DNA of 64,000 bases from Ruminiclostridium sp. Lineage in GTDB: Bacteria > Bacillota > Clostridia > Oscillospirales > Ruminococcaceae. The stretch's first letter is position 1. The number at the start of each line of letters is the position of its first letter. The stretch is from assembly GCA_031549645.1 (NCBI GenBank), contig JAVBPL010000067.1, positions 8,336 through 72,335 of the forward strand. The letters are read 5' to 3'. The notes under the pieces are model-generated. The model saw nothing but the letters and a program-made list of their open reading frames with translations, did no database searches and had not been told where the DNA came from. Below, in pieces: positions 47,037 through 56,732 of the stretch. The position numbers were made by a program, and so were the translations under genes.

Positions 47037-47936
47037 ATGATTTATACCCTTACCCTAAATCCAGCGCTGGATTACATAATGCTGGTTCCTGAGTTTCATA
47101 CGGGGAAGGTGCAGCGTTCTCTCGGTGAAATGATGTACCCGGGAGGCAAAGGGATAAATGTTTCGATTATGCTGACAAGGCTTGGTGCTCCGAATAAGGC
47201 TCTAGGCATAACAGCGGGGAAAATCGGCAGAATAATCGAGGATATATTAAAGGAACTGCATCTTAATACAGATTTCATATATCTGGATAAAGGCGAAACT
47301 AGGATTAATGTTAAGCTTAAGGGTATAGAGGAAAGCGAAATAAACGGAAATGCACCCGAAATATTGCCTGCTGATATTGAATGTCTTAAGAAGAAGCTTG
47401 ATGAACTAAAAGCTAATGATTATCTCGTAATTGCGGGCTCGCTCCCTCGAAACATAGACCAAAATACTTATAACGAAATAATAAAGCTTGCAAATCTGAA
47501 GCAGGCGAGGGTTGTTCTCGATACCTCAGGGGAGTGCCTAAAATCAGCACTTCCTTATAAGCCTTTTTTAATAAAGCCTAATCATCTTGAGCTTAGTGAG
47601 CTTTTCGGTGTGGAAAATGCCAGTCGTGAGGAGCTTGTAAAAATGGCAGTCGAGCTTCAAAAAGAGGGTGCTCAAAATGTGTTGGTTTCAATGGCGGGCG
47701 ACGGTGCATTTTTGCTCGCGGAAAACGGCAGGTTATATGAACATAAGGCACCGAAGGGAATAGTAATTAATTCCGTAGGCTCGGGAGACTCAATGATAGC
47801 AGGCTTCTTAACAGGCTGGATTGAAAAAAATGACTATCAGTACGCATTAAGCTTAGGTATTGCCGCAGGCAGTGCAAGTGCTTTTAAAAACTGGCTTGCC
47901 GAGAGAGAAGATGTTATTAAGCTTTTAAGGGAGTAG
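47037..47936 (+). CDS. pfkB: 1-phosphofructokinase (PfkB/FruK family)
   Basis: IYTLTLNPALD, GGKGINVS, TRINVK, IKPN, NSVGSGDS. Confidence 0.85.
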   Translation: MIYTLTLNPALDYIMLVPEFHTGKVQRSLGEMMYPGGKGINVSIMLTRLGAPNKALGITAGKIGRIIEDILKELHLNTDFIYLDKGETRINVKLKGIEESEINGNAPEILPADIECLKKKLDELKANDYLVIAGSLPRNIDQNTYNEIIKLANLKQARVVLDTSGECLKSALPYKPFLIKPNHLELSELFGVENASREELVKMAVELQKEGAQNVLVSMAGDGAFLLAENGRLYEHKAPKGIVINSVGSGDSMIAGFLTGWIEKNDYQYALSLGIAAGSASAFKNWLAEREDVIKLLRE

Positions 47937-47940
47937 CGAT

Positions 47941-48756
47941 TTGATACAGGATATATTTCCGAAAAATATTCGGGTTGAATATGAAAATAAAGCACCTGAT
48001 GATAACAGCATAGTTATCTGTTTTCATGGGCAAACGGTGCTAGTAAAAGAAAATACGCTGGATTTTCCGAAATACAGCGTATTTGAAGAAAAGCCTGAGG
48101 TCGATTATCTGTTTAAAATCGATGAACAGAACTATTTTCTTGCGTTATCTGATGTAACAAGCTTGACGGGTTATATTTATGATAATACGGACATCTTCAG
48201 AAATAGAAAGCCTGGCTGGCTTGCCTTTGCCGGTATTACCGCAATGCACCTTTACGGCTGGTATAATGGGCATAAATTCTGCGGACGATGCGGTAAAAAG
48301 CTTGTACATGATAAAAAGGAACGAATGTTATTTTGTGATACCTGCGCCTGCTTTAATTACCCGAATATTTCTCCCTGTGTAATTGTCGGCATAATTGATG
48401 GTGAAAACTTTCTGCTGACACGTTATAGTGGTCGTGCATATAAAAAATATGCTCTTGTGGCGGGATATATCGAGGTCGGCGAAACCGCCGAGGATGCTGT
48501 TAGGCGTGAGGTTATGGAAGAGGTCGGCTTAAAAATCAAGAACATCAAATATTATAAAAGTCAGCCGTGGGGCTTTTCGAGGAGCCTTTTGCTGGGTTAT
48601 TTTGCGGAGCTTGACGGCTCGGCTGAAATTACTCTCGATAAAAACGAGCTGGAGGAAGCAGTCTGGGTAAAACGGAACGAAATTGATGTGACATATGACG
48701 ACTTCAGCCTTACAAACGACATGATATGTCAATTTAAAGATGGTACAATAAAATGA
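47941..48756 (+). CDS. nudC: NAD(H) diphosphatase NudC
   Basis: FCGRCG zinc ribbon, Nudix box AGYIEVGETAEDAVRREVMEEVG, SQPW. Confidence 0.9.
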   Translation: MIQDIFPKNIRVEYENKAPDDNSIVICFHGQTVLVKENTLDFPKYSVFEEKPEVDYLFKIDEQNYFLALSDVTSLTGYIYDNTDIFRNRKPGWLAFAGITAMHLYGWYNGHKFCGRCGKKLVHDKKERMLFCDTCACFNYPNISPCVIVGIIDGENFLLTRYSGRAYKKYALVAGYIEVGETAEDAVRREVMEEVGLKIKNIKYYKSQPWGFSRSLLLGYFAELDGSAEITLDKNELEEAVWVKRNEIDVTYDDFSLTNDMICQFKDGTIK

Positions 48757-49430
48757 AAACTAGATTTATTTTTTTTATTCTGATAGCTTTAATATTTGTT
48801 CTTTCTGGCTGTAATGACATTTCGAACCGCACACTTACGGGAGACAAGGATTTAGATGAGCCGACGAGACTTTTTACCGATATTAATGACACGGCGACTG
48901 CCGAAGCGTCTGTTTCTTCTGCTCCGATAGATTATCCCTTTACCGAAAAGGACGAAAAATTCTTAAGCAGAACCGTGTTTTTAGGCGAAGGGTTATGTAA
49001 GGCTTTATCAAGCTACGGCATAATCTCCTCGGAACGAATTATCATGAAAGACAATGACACATATCAGTACGAGAATTCGGAAATTGAGCTTATAACAGTG
49101 CTTGCGAACACTAATCCCTCAGTAGTAGTGGTATCTGTTGATGACGTAGAGGCTGTACTAGAGCTTATTCCGATTATCAGCACATACAGCTCGGACGCTA
49201 AGGTTATAGTATTATCGATTTTTTCTTCTGATGAAGGCAATAAAGAAAATAATACCGCCTTAAGAAAGGCGGTAAATGAGCTGAGAGATTATAATATTTG
49301 CTACCTCGATACAGAGCTAAAGCCCGATTATTTCAAAAGTGATGAGCATATACTGACTGAACTCGGTTGTCATGCGGTTTTGTGGCAGATATGCAATAAT
49401 GCCGTATGGGGAAATTTTGATAATATTTAG
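48753..49430 (+). CDS. hypothetical lipoprotein with degenerate SGNH-like fold
   Basis: Lipobox LSGC; TVFLGEG where GDS is expected. Confidence 0.55.
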   Translation: MKTRFIFFILIALIFVLSGCNDISNRTLTGDKDLDEPTRLFTDINDTATAEASVSSAPIDYPFTEKDEKFLSRTVFLGEGLCKALSSYGIISSERIIMKDNDTYQYENSEIELITVLANTNPSVVVVSVDDVEAVLELIPIISTYSSDAKVIVLSIFSSDEGNKENNTALRKAVNELRDYNICYLDTELKPDYFKSDEHILTELGCHAVLWQICNNAVWGNFDNI

Positions 49431-49434
49431 CCTA

Positions 49435-50244
49435 TTATTTACGGTAAATTGAGGGCTGGACATATTTGAATTTACAGGTATTGATGTCAACGCTTTCAGA
49501 TAACCCCACGAACAAATAACCACCTGGTTCAAGATAATCATAGAACCGATTTATAAGGTCGTTACAGGTTTTGGTGTTAAAATAAATCATCACGTTTCGA
49601 CAGAAAATTACATGAAATTTATTCGGAAAGCAGAACTTATCCATAAGGTTGAAGGTCTTTAGTATAACCTCGTCCTTTATGTTCTGTTTTATCTGAAAAC
49701 GTCCTCTGTCGCTTGGAGAAAAATACCTTGTGCGCCATGCAGGGTTCAGTTTTGCGAGCTTTTCGGGACCATAAACTCCCGTACTGGCTGTTTGAAGCAC
49801 CTGGGGTGAGATATCCGTTGCAAGAATACGGGCATCCCACTCTTTTTTGTGTACACCCAAATAATCGTCAAGCACCATTGCAGTGGTATAAGCCTCCTCT
49901 CCAGAGGAACAGCCTGCACTCCAAATACGCAAATCCTTTTTAAAAGCTGCCCTTGCGGTTACTTCGGGGAGCACGGTTTTCGTCAGAAAATTGTAATGCT
50001 CAACCTCACGCATAAAGTAGGTATAATTTGTGGTAAGTCGGGTTACTAAAAAACGTGCCTCGTCGCCCGATTTATCCTTATCAAGATAATCGAGAAAATC
50101 GCTGTAATTCTTAAAGCCTCTCGTTCTCATTACGGGGTCAAGCCTTGTTTCGACTAGCTGAAGCTGCTGTTCAAGGTTGATTCCGTAATTTTTTTGCATA
50201 TATGTCACCAGTCTTTGAAATTCAAGACGGTTAATTCGTTCCAA
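49435..50244 (-). CDS. cheR: CheR protein-glutamate O-methyltransferase
   Basis: LTTNYTYFMRE, IWSAGCSSGEEAYT, ATDIS, IFCRNVMIYF; TTG start. Confidence 0.92.
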   Translation of the reverse strand: MERINRLEFQRLVTYMQKNYGINLEQQLQLVETRLDPVMRTRGFKNYSDFLDYLDKDKSGDEARFLVTRLTTNYTYFMREVEHYNFLTKTVLPEVTARAAFKKDLRIWSAGCSSGEEAYTTAMVLDDYLGVHKKEWDARILATDISPQVLQTASTGVYGPEKLAKLNPAWRTRYFSPSDRGRFQIKQNIKDEVILKTFNLMDKFCFPNKFHVIFCRNVMIYFNTKTCNDLINRFYDYLEPGGYLFVGLSESVDINTCKFKYVQPSIYRK

Positions 50245-50274
50245 GCCGACACCTCATTTCGTAAACGTTCATGG

Positions 50275-51807
50275 TTACTTATTTGCCCAATACAAAATCG
50301 TTTTTATGAATTCGTCTGTTCTAAACGGTTTTGTTATGTAATCGTTCATACCCATTGAGATGCATAGCTCCTTGTCGCCACGCTGCGCATTTGCGGTGAG
50401 AGCAATAATAGGTGTAGTTTTGTAGTTTTTGAACTCACGGATTATTTTTGTGGTGGTAATGCCGTCCATATCAGGCATATAAATATCCATTAGGATTATA
50501 TCAAATACCGCACCCGTCTTGATTAAATCAACAGCCTCAACACCACCCTCGGCTATGGTAGCCGTGAGGTTGTTGCGGCGCAGAATTTCATAGGCTACTG
50601 TTCTGTTCACACGGTCGTCGTCTACCACGAGAATTTTTAAGTTACTTGGGTGCTCGGAGTCTGGTGTGTTTTCACCAGAGTCATCAATTTCGCTTACCTC
50701 CTCGTCGGCAAGCTTGCATACCATAGTAAAATATACTGTTGTGCCCTTGTCAACCTCACTTTCGCACCACATGCGCCCGTTCATGAGGTTTACGAGTGTA
50801 CGGCAGGTTGCGATACCGAGACCTTTTTCATTTGTGACTTCGTTATTCTCGTCTGCAAACTGAGGGAACAAGATGCCCAGCTTTTCGGGGTCAATTCCGA
50901 CACCCGTATCAGCCACGGAGAATAGTAGGGTTATATCCTCGTCAAATCTGTCATACTCAGTCACAGTAAGGGTAATTCCGCCGTCTATTGTGAAGCCTAT
51001 GCTGTTTTTGATTATATTCACGAGCACCTGTCCGAGATAGGCACCATTACCGACTAAGCGGTCGCAAATATCCTCCTGCTTTACGATTTCAAAATCAAGG
51101 TTCCTGTTCTCAATCCGCTTTATCGTGGTACGGGTTACCGAGCTTAATACCTGGTCGAGTGAAAAAACAGTTGCAGGCTTTTCTTTTTTGACGCTAACTA
51201 GACTATCCAGCTTTTGGAGCAGCACCTTTGAGGTATTTATTATATCATTTGTGTAATTTATTCTTTTCTCGTCGTCGCCCTGGGTATCAAGCAAAATGCC
51301 CGCAAGTCCGCTAATCGAGGTCATAGACTGCCGCACCTCATAACCAAGCTTCGATAAAAGCTCGCGGTCCGCCTGGACAAGCTCCTGTGCTTGCTCTGAT
51401 GCTATTCTGAGGGTGTCGGAAGCTAAGTTCATCTTGGTGTAATCTTGAAGCCATACGATTACGCAGGGAGCACCCTCATATTCAGAGTCATATTGGGTGA
51501 TGTGCATATTTTTAACCTCACCGTTTGAGGTTTTTACGCATACATGATGCCATTTTTGGTAATCGGCTGCGTTTTCCGCTGGCTCAAATTCTAAAATGTT
51601 CACATTAAAGAACGGCTGTATATTCATGCCCGCAGTTATACCGAGAAATTCCTCAACATAGGAGGTCGCATATATAACAAAATCGCTGTTTGCTTCTCGT
51701 ATTAATAAGCATACAGGGCAGGACTGGAGTAAGGTTTGCCAGAACCTATCGTCTGCCACACCTTCTCTGCCCGCTTCAATATTGAGTATGTTTTTTTCAC
51801 TTGTCAT
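50275..51807 (-). CDS. cytoplasmic hybrid kinase-like protein (PAS-like, degenerate HisKA, HATPase, REC)
   Basis: N/G1/G2 boxes (QVLVNIIKN, DTGVGI, GLG), intact REC (VVDD, LMDIYMP, KPF); H-box His replaced by Tyr. Confidence 0.82.
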   Translation of the reverse strand: MTSEKNILNIEAGREGVADDRFWQTLLQSCPVCLLIREANSDFVIYATSYVEEFLGITAGMNIQPFFNVNILEFEPAENAADYQKWHHVCVKTSNGEVKNMHITQYDSEYEGAPCVIVWLQDYTKMNLASDTLRIASEQAQELVQADRELLSKLGYEVRQSMTSISGLAGILLDTQGDDEKRINYTNDIINTSKVLLQKLDSLVSVKKEKPATVFSLDQVLSSVTRTTIKRIENRNLDFEIVKQEDICDRLVGNGAYLGQVLVNIIKNSIGFTIDGGITLTVTEYDRFDEDITLLFSVADTGVGIDPEKLGILFPQFADENNEVTNEKGLGIATCRTLVNLMNGRMWCESEVDKGTTVYFTMVCKLADEEVSEIDDSGENTPDSEHPSNLKILVVDDDRVNRTVAYEILRRNNLTATIAEGGVEAVDLIKTGAVFDIILMDIYMPDMDGITTTKIIREFKNYKTTPIIALTANAQRGDKELCISMGMNDYITKPFRTDEFIKTILYWANK

Positions 51808-51856
51808 TATCTCTTACAACCTTTCTGTACATCTGTGTTTATATATCCTATATTAA

Positions 51857-51885
51857 ATTATAGTGCCAATTATGAGAAAAGGCAA
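51857..51885 (-). promoter_or_regulatory. sigma-A promoter of the kinase-cheR operon
   Basis: Minus strand TTGCCT-17-TATAAT. Confidence 0.65.
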
Positions 51886-51938
51886 GCGAATACCAAATTC
51901 TTTACAATAAGTTAAACAATTGTTAATATTTTCAAATA

Positions 51939-51966
51939 AAAAAAGACGGCAAACTGAATTGCCGTC
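51939..51966 (-). terminator. terminator of the LCP-like gene
   Basis: GACGGCAA/TTGCCGTC stem followed by T-run on the minus strand. Confidence 0.78.
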
Positions 51967-51976
51967 TGAAATTAAG

Positions 51977-52864
51977 CTAATCTGCGGTGCCGAAACGCTG
52001 ATGTATTGAAACTATCGAATTTTCCGATATTTCGAAGGTGCCATTATCCTTATTATCACCGTAGGGTATGTAATATTCTGCAATATTTATGCTGTTCTGG
52101 GTCGAATAAACAAATGCTGACTGGTGATTGGTGAAAAACGTGAACTCAAGGTCGGTATCAGTGCTGTTAAGTATTTTATTGAATATGTTTTGCAGATGAA
52201 CGGTGCTTAAATTACGTCCGTTGGAATTTATGAAGTTAGTTATCGCCGAGCCGTGGAGAACGTAGGTGTAATCCTCGCCCTGCAGAAAGCTGTCATAGGT
52301 TATGTAGTTGTATAAGTCCTCGCCGTTAAAATAATGCATACCTTTATTTAAAACCAAGTCGCCTATATTCATGTTTTCGGGAATATTCATCGGCGTGGTG
52401 TCCACAAAGTCAAAAAAATCAACGAACGAGCTTTTATCAAACTTGACATAATGGTCTATGTCAATACCAAGTGAATTCTTTATGGCGAAAAGTATGCTTG
52501 AAGCACCGCCCTCTTTATAAAGCTCGGAAAGAGTGCCTTTTGTGTTACCGACAAACGAGCTTAGATTTTTCTTAATAGGGACTATGACTACCTTTTCGGC
52601 TCGTGGACGATAATTAATCAGCATAAAATAATCGGGAACCTGCCCTTTATCCTCGGAAAGCATGAAAAGCACAGTCATATTGTGCGACTCGTCTGGCTTA
52701 TATTCAGCAACACCTGAGCTTGAAACAACGGGCATATCCTTGATAGGGAACAGCATACCCCAAATTCTCCACACAAATACGCCTAAGAGAGCAGCGCTGA
52801 TTAAAAAAGTTATAAGATATATATACCAGTTACTGCGGCGTTTTACGGATTTTCTAACTGCCAT
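51977..52864 (-). CDS. LCP (LytR-CpsA-Psr)-like membrane protein, degenerate
   Basis: N-terminal TM; LSELYKEGG, LGIDIDHYVKFD...FVDFFD, GMHYFNGE layout. Confidence 0.65.
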   Translation of the reverse strand: MAVRKSVKRRSNWYIYLITFLISAALLGVFVWRIWGMLFPIKDMPVVSSSGVAEYKPDESHNMTVLFMLSEDKGQVPDYFMLINYRPRAEKVVIVPIKKNLSSFVGNTKGTLSELYKEGGASSILFAIKNSLGIDIDHYVKFDKSSFVDFFDFVDTTPMNIPENMNIGDLVLNKGMHYFNGEDLYNYITYDSFLQGEDYTYVLHGSAITNFINSNGRNLSTVHLQNIFNKILNSTDTDLEFTFFTNHQSAFVYSTQNSINIAEYYIPYGDNKDNGTFEISENSIVSIHQRFGTAD

Positions 52865-52890
52865 ATTTTATTTGTTCCTTCCTGTTCTAC

Positions 52891-52919
52891 TTGAAAATAT
52901 TTATAATAAAGTGTATAAT
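52891..52919 (+). promoter_or_regulatory. sigma-A promoter for alr
   Basis: TTGAAA-17-TATAAT. Confidence 0.65.
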
Positions 52920-52988
52920 AACATAAACGTCTATTATATATATTACCATATATTATTTTAAAATACAATACGTCTTTTGAGGGAGATT

Positions 52989-54119
52989 ATGGATTATTTA
53001 AGAAGAACCTGGGCTGAAATCAATCTGAACGCACTTGACCACAATATTAATGAAATAAAAAAGCTTCTCGGAAAAAAAGAAATAATCGCCGTCGTTAAGG
53101 CAAATGCATACGGTCATGACGACGATATAATCTGTACTGAGCTTTTTAAGCTGGGTATTAGCACCTTTGCCGTGTCAAATTTATGGGAAGCTCAGGATTT
53201 GAGAAAAATTGTACCATCAGCGAATATTCTAATCTTCGGTTATACCGAGGAAGCATATTTTGACAGCATAATTGATAACAATTTTATCCATACGGTGGGG
53301 AGCGTGGATTTTGCGAACAGGCTCAATTCCTATGCCAGAAGCAGAAACACCAGGATAAAAATTCACATTAAAATCGATACAGGAATGTCAAGGGTAGGAA
53401 TTGATACTCCAGAGGAACTGAATGAAATTCTCGCCATGGAAAACCTCGAATGTGAGGCTATGCTGACGCACTTTTCTGTATCAGACGGCGACACAGACGG
53501 CGATATGAATTACACCATAACACAGCAGAACAAATTTACTGAAATTACTAAAGGGGTAAATTTGCCTATACATTCCCAGAACAGCGGCGGCACGCTTTAC
53601 CACACCGAATTTGCGGGTGATATGGTGAGAGCAGGGCTTCTTATGTACGGGTATTATCCGAGCGATATTTTAAGCTCATCAGTAGATTTAAAGCCTGTTA
53701 TGACTTTGAAATCTGCCGTAAGCCAGTTAAAAACTATAAAAGCGGGCACCGATATAAGCTATGGGCGAACCTACACAGCTAAGGCCGATATTATAACCGC
53801 AGTGGTTCCAGTGGGTTACGCCGACGGTTATTCCAGAGCACTTTCGAACAAAGGCAAGGTGCTTATTAGAGGAAAAGCCTGTCCTATTGTGGGCAGAGTT
53901 TGCATGGATCAGATTGTCGTTGATGTTTCTGAGGTTGGAGAGGTTAAGGTAGGAGATGTAGCTGAGCTGTATTCTGCAAATAGTCTGGAGACAAGTATCC
54001 CTTATATAGCAAATCTTCTCGATACTATTCCGTATGAGCTGACTTGCAGTGTCGGACATCGTGTACCAAGAGTAGCTGTCAGAGACGGCAAGGTGCAGAT
54101 TGTAGTGCGTTATGGATAA
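52989..54119 (+). CDS. alr: alanine racemase
   Basis: AVVKANAYGH (PLP lysine), HIKIDTGMSR, SYGRTY, GYADGY, GRVCMDQ. Confidence 0.95.
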   Translation: MDYLRRTWAEINLNALDHNINEIKKLLGKKEIIAVVKANAYGHDDDIICTELFKLGISTFAVSNLWEAQDLRKIVPSANILIFGYTEEAYFDSIIDNNFIHTVGSVDFANRLNSYARSRNTRIKIHIKIDTGMSRVGIDTPEELNEILAMENLECEAMLTHFSVSDGDTDGDMNYTITQQNKFTEITKGVNLPIHSQNSGGTLYHTEFAGDMVRAGLLMYGYYPSDILSSSVDLKPVMTLKSAVSQLKTIKAGTDISYGRTYTAKADIITAVVPVGYADGYSRALSNKGKVLIRGKACPIVGRVCMDQIVVDVSEVGEVKVGDVAELYSANSLETSIPYIANLLDTIPYELTCSVGHRVPRVAVRDGKVQIVVRYG

Positions 54120-54945
54120 TTACAAAATGAGCGGATTTATTTGTCCCGTATGCAAAAAAGCACTCTATATACGGGAATGCTGTTATTCCTGTGAGAATAA
54201 CCACTGCTTTGATATTGCCAGAAAAGGTTATGTCAATCTGCTGATGGGTAACACCTCGAAGGATAAAAGGCACGGCGATGATAAGCTGATGATAAGGGCA
54301 AGACACGACTTTTTGAGCAGAGGCTATTATAACTGCCTGCTTGATACTCTAGTAGAGATAGTTTGTTCGTGCTTTAAGCCGTTTGAATATATACTCGACA
54401 TCGGTTGCGGCGACTGCTGGTACACCTCAAATATTCTTCGTTGTATGGGCTTTTCGGGTAAACCGTCGAATATGCTCGCGATTGATATATCTAAAGCGGC
54501 ACTAGAGATAGGTGCAAGTGCTTGTAAGGAAGCAGAGCTTGCGGTAGCCAGTGCATTTTCGCTGCCCGTTAGTGACAGCTTTTGCCAGACGGCATTATCG
54601 ATATTTGCACCCTTTAGCGGAGCAGAGGTGTTTCGAGTGCTTAAAAAAGGCGGTTACTTTATCAGGGTTTACCCCTTAAAAAATCATTTATATTCACTTA
54701 AATGTGCCATTTATGACCGACCGTATTACAACGGTCCGTTAAATCTCGAAATATCGGGTTTACATATAGAAAGAAGTCATGAAATAAGCTCAACAATCTG
54801 CATAGATAACAGCGCAGATATAATTAATTTATTTGCGATGACACCGTATTATTATAAAACCAGCCGAGCCGACCAAGAGAAGCTTAGCTTGATTAATTCA
54901 CTTGAAACCGAGCTTCATTTCGGGATAACTGTATATCGGAAATAA
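54112..54945 (+). CDS. rlmA: 23S rRNA m1G745/748 methyltransferase (RlmA family)
   Basis: CPVC...CENNHCFDIARKGYVNLL zinc finger, LDIGCGD, MTPYY. Confidence 0.82.
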   Translation: MDNYKMSGFICPVCKKALYIRECCYSCENNHCFDIARKGYVNLLMGNTSKDKRHGDDKLMIRARHDFLSRGYYNCLLDTLVEIVCSCFKPFEYILDIGCGDCWYTSNILRCMGFSGKPSNMLAIDISKAALEIGASACKEAELAVASAFSLPVSDSFCQTALSIFAPFSGAEVFRVLKKGGYFIRVYPLKNHLYSLKCAIYDRPYYNGPLNLEISGLHIERSHEISSTICIDNSADIINLFAMTPYYYKTSRADQEKLSLINSLETELHFGITVYRK

Positions 54946-54948
54946 AAA

Positions 54949-54980
54949 CAGGCAGTCGATTTGTGTGAATTGACTGCCTG
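54949..54980. terminator. hairpin between convergent genes
   Basis: CAGGCAGTCGATT...AATTGACTGCCTG with an A-run on the left. Confidence 0.65.
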
Positions 54981-55024
54981 CCTCTTATTATATAATTCTG
55001 CTTAATGAAATAATGAATACATGA

Positions 55025-56722
55025 TTAAAATTTAAAGGTTTTTTTCATTAATTCACCGCTAACGGTATCAATATAACTAATATAGGTTTCTCCTATATAA
55101 AAATCTGATACACTTTTATTTACGATTAGCTTATTTTTAAATACGCCGTCTATATCAAGATAAGCACAGTAAAGGCGAGATTTTTCACCTTTTTCAATAT
55201 AAATTATCTTGTTCTTATATGCTTTTGCAAGCGAACATTTTATCTTTGTTTTTGCAAGTTCGGTATGCTTTTTCAAGCTGTCATCATTTCCTTCATCTTC
55301 ATAATCTTCATAATCGTCATTATTAATATAATAAAGCTCATCGGACCAATCTTCATCCTCGAAATATGATATATGGCTTAATATACCCTTTTCATCAATA
55401 AAGTAAAATGTATTTATAAAGGAGTTATCAAAATATCCGCTTCCGGTTAATTGATTTTCTGTCAAATATAAGGGTATGAAATTATCACACCATACGAGAT
55501 TTTTGATTTTATAATCATCACCGTAATTATCAGAATGAAAATAAAGTTCATTATCGACAGTGACAACAGAAGTTGAAGTATTTACATATTTATGAATTAT
55601 GTTCGATAACGGTTTACTTTTGCCTTCATCGGAAAGCCTTTCCCATTCTAAATAATTATCTGGATAAGCCCTTATGTAATAATCATAAAAACCTTCGCCA
55701 GTGTCTTTGTCTTTTGATGAATAGGTACTCATTTTATAATAACAGTTTTTTATGGTAAAATTGATAATACCTCTTTTTACTATCATCGTTTCACCCAAAG
55801 TAGACTCTTTACCGGCATAGACATCACAATCGGAAAGCTTAAAAATACGCTTTCTGTTTTTTCCGTTTGTATTTATACTATAAATACTTTTGCCGTATAT
55901 ATAATATAAAGTATCTCCGCACACATTAAGTTGCCTTGCATCGTCGCTGCACAGCTTTATAACCGAACCATCGGTATTGCGTTTATAAATCCCCTCTTCA
56001 AGAGATGTATCAAATTTATTAGTATAATACATGGTACCTAATTGTGAAGTAAAATATCCCCCATTTTGCAAATTGGAAAATCTGTTACCATAAATATTAG
56101 TTCTGTAATAATCGACATTAGCTGATAATAGACCAGTTTTCCCGTCAATTATTTGCTCTTCAATATCGTCAACCCAATCCCGTATTTTTAATGAATTATC
56201 ATCATAACTTACAACATAGTACGGATAATGGTTGCTTAGTAATATTATTCTCTCGATGGCGTTATAATAATAGGTACCATCTGTTTCAGAAAACCATCCG
56301 TCCTCACTAATACGATAATCTCCATAAGCACTAAATTTATTAATGTTATCGGCAAGCTTTATATATTTATTTAGTTCGCCTATATCGACACGAGCAATTC
56401 TATCTTCTTTATTAAAATCTAGATACCAATCACCGTAGTCCTTATAATAATTGCTAAAATTAAGAATCTTATACTCAATTTCCTTCTTATTCTTATTATC
56501 ATAATGATGTACCCATATATAACCTTTATTATCAATTAACATAACTCGTACAGGATCGTCATTTCGTCGTAATTCCTTTTCAAAAGCTACGACAATCTTC
56601 TCGCCCGTTCTTGTTACGATTAGATTTGCTTTTTTACCTGCTCCTGCGGCGGAAATAGTAAAACCTCCCAAAACTAATGAAACAATTAAAAATATAGACA
56701 TTAGCCTAAATATTTTTTTCAT
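55025..56722 (-). CDS. secreted DUF5050-like beta-propeller protein
   Basis: Signal peptide; repeated blades such as LNVCGDTLYY...IYSINTNGKNRKRI; visibly AT-rich. Confidence 0.6.
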   Translation of the reverse strand: MKKIFRLMSIFLIVSLVLGGFTISAAGAGKKANLIVTRTGEKIVVAFEKELRRNDDPVRVMLIDNKGYIWVHHYDNKNKKEIEYKILNFSNYYKDYGDWYLDFNKEDRIARVDIGELNKYIKLADNINKFSAYGDYRISEDGWFSETDGTYYYNAIERIILLSNHYPYYVVSYDDNSLKIRDWVDDIEEQIIDGKTGLLSANVDYYRTNIYGNRFSNLQNGGYFTSQLGTMYYTNKFDTSLEEGIYKRNTDGSVIKLCSDDARQLNVCGDTLYYIYGKSIYSINTNGKNRKRIFKLSDCDVYAGKESTLGETMIVKRGIINFTIKNCYYKMSTYSSKDKDTGEGFYDYYIRAYPDNYLEWERLSDEGKSKPLSNIIHKYVNTSTSVVTVDNELYFHSDNYGDDYKIKNLVWCDNFIPLYLTENQLTGSGYFDNSFINTFYFIDEKGILSHISYFEDEDWSDELYYINNDDYEDYEDEGNDDSLKKHTELAKTKIKCSLAKAYKNKIIYIEKGEKSRLYCAYLDIDGVFKNKLIVNKSVSDFYIGETYISYIDTVSGELMKKTFKF

Positions 56723-56732
56723 TGCTTTTCTC

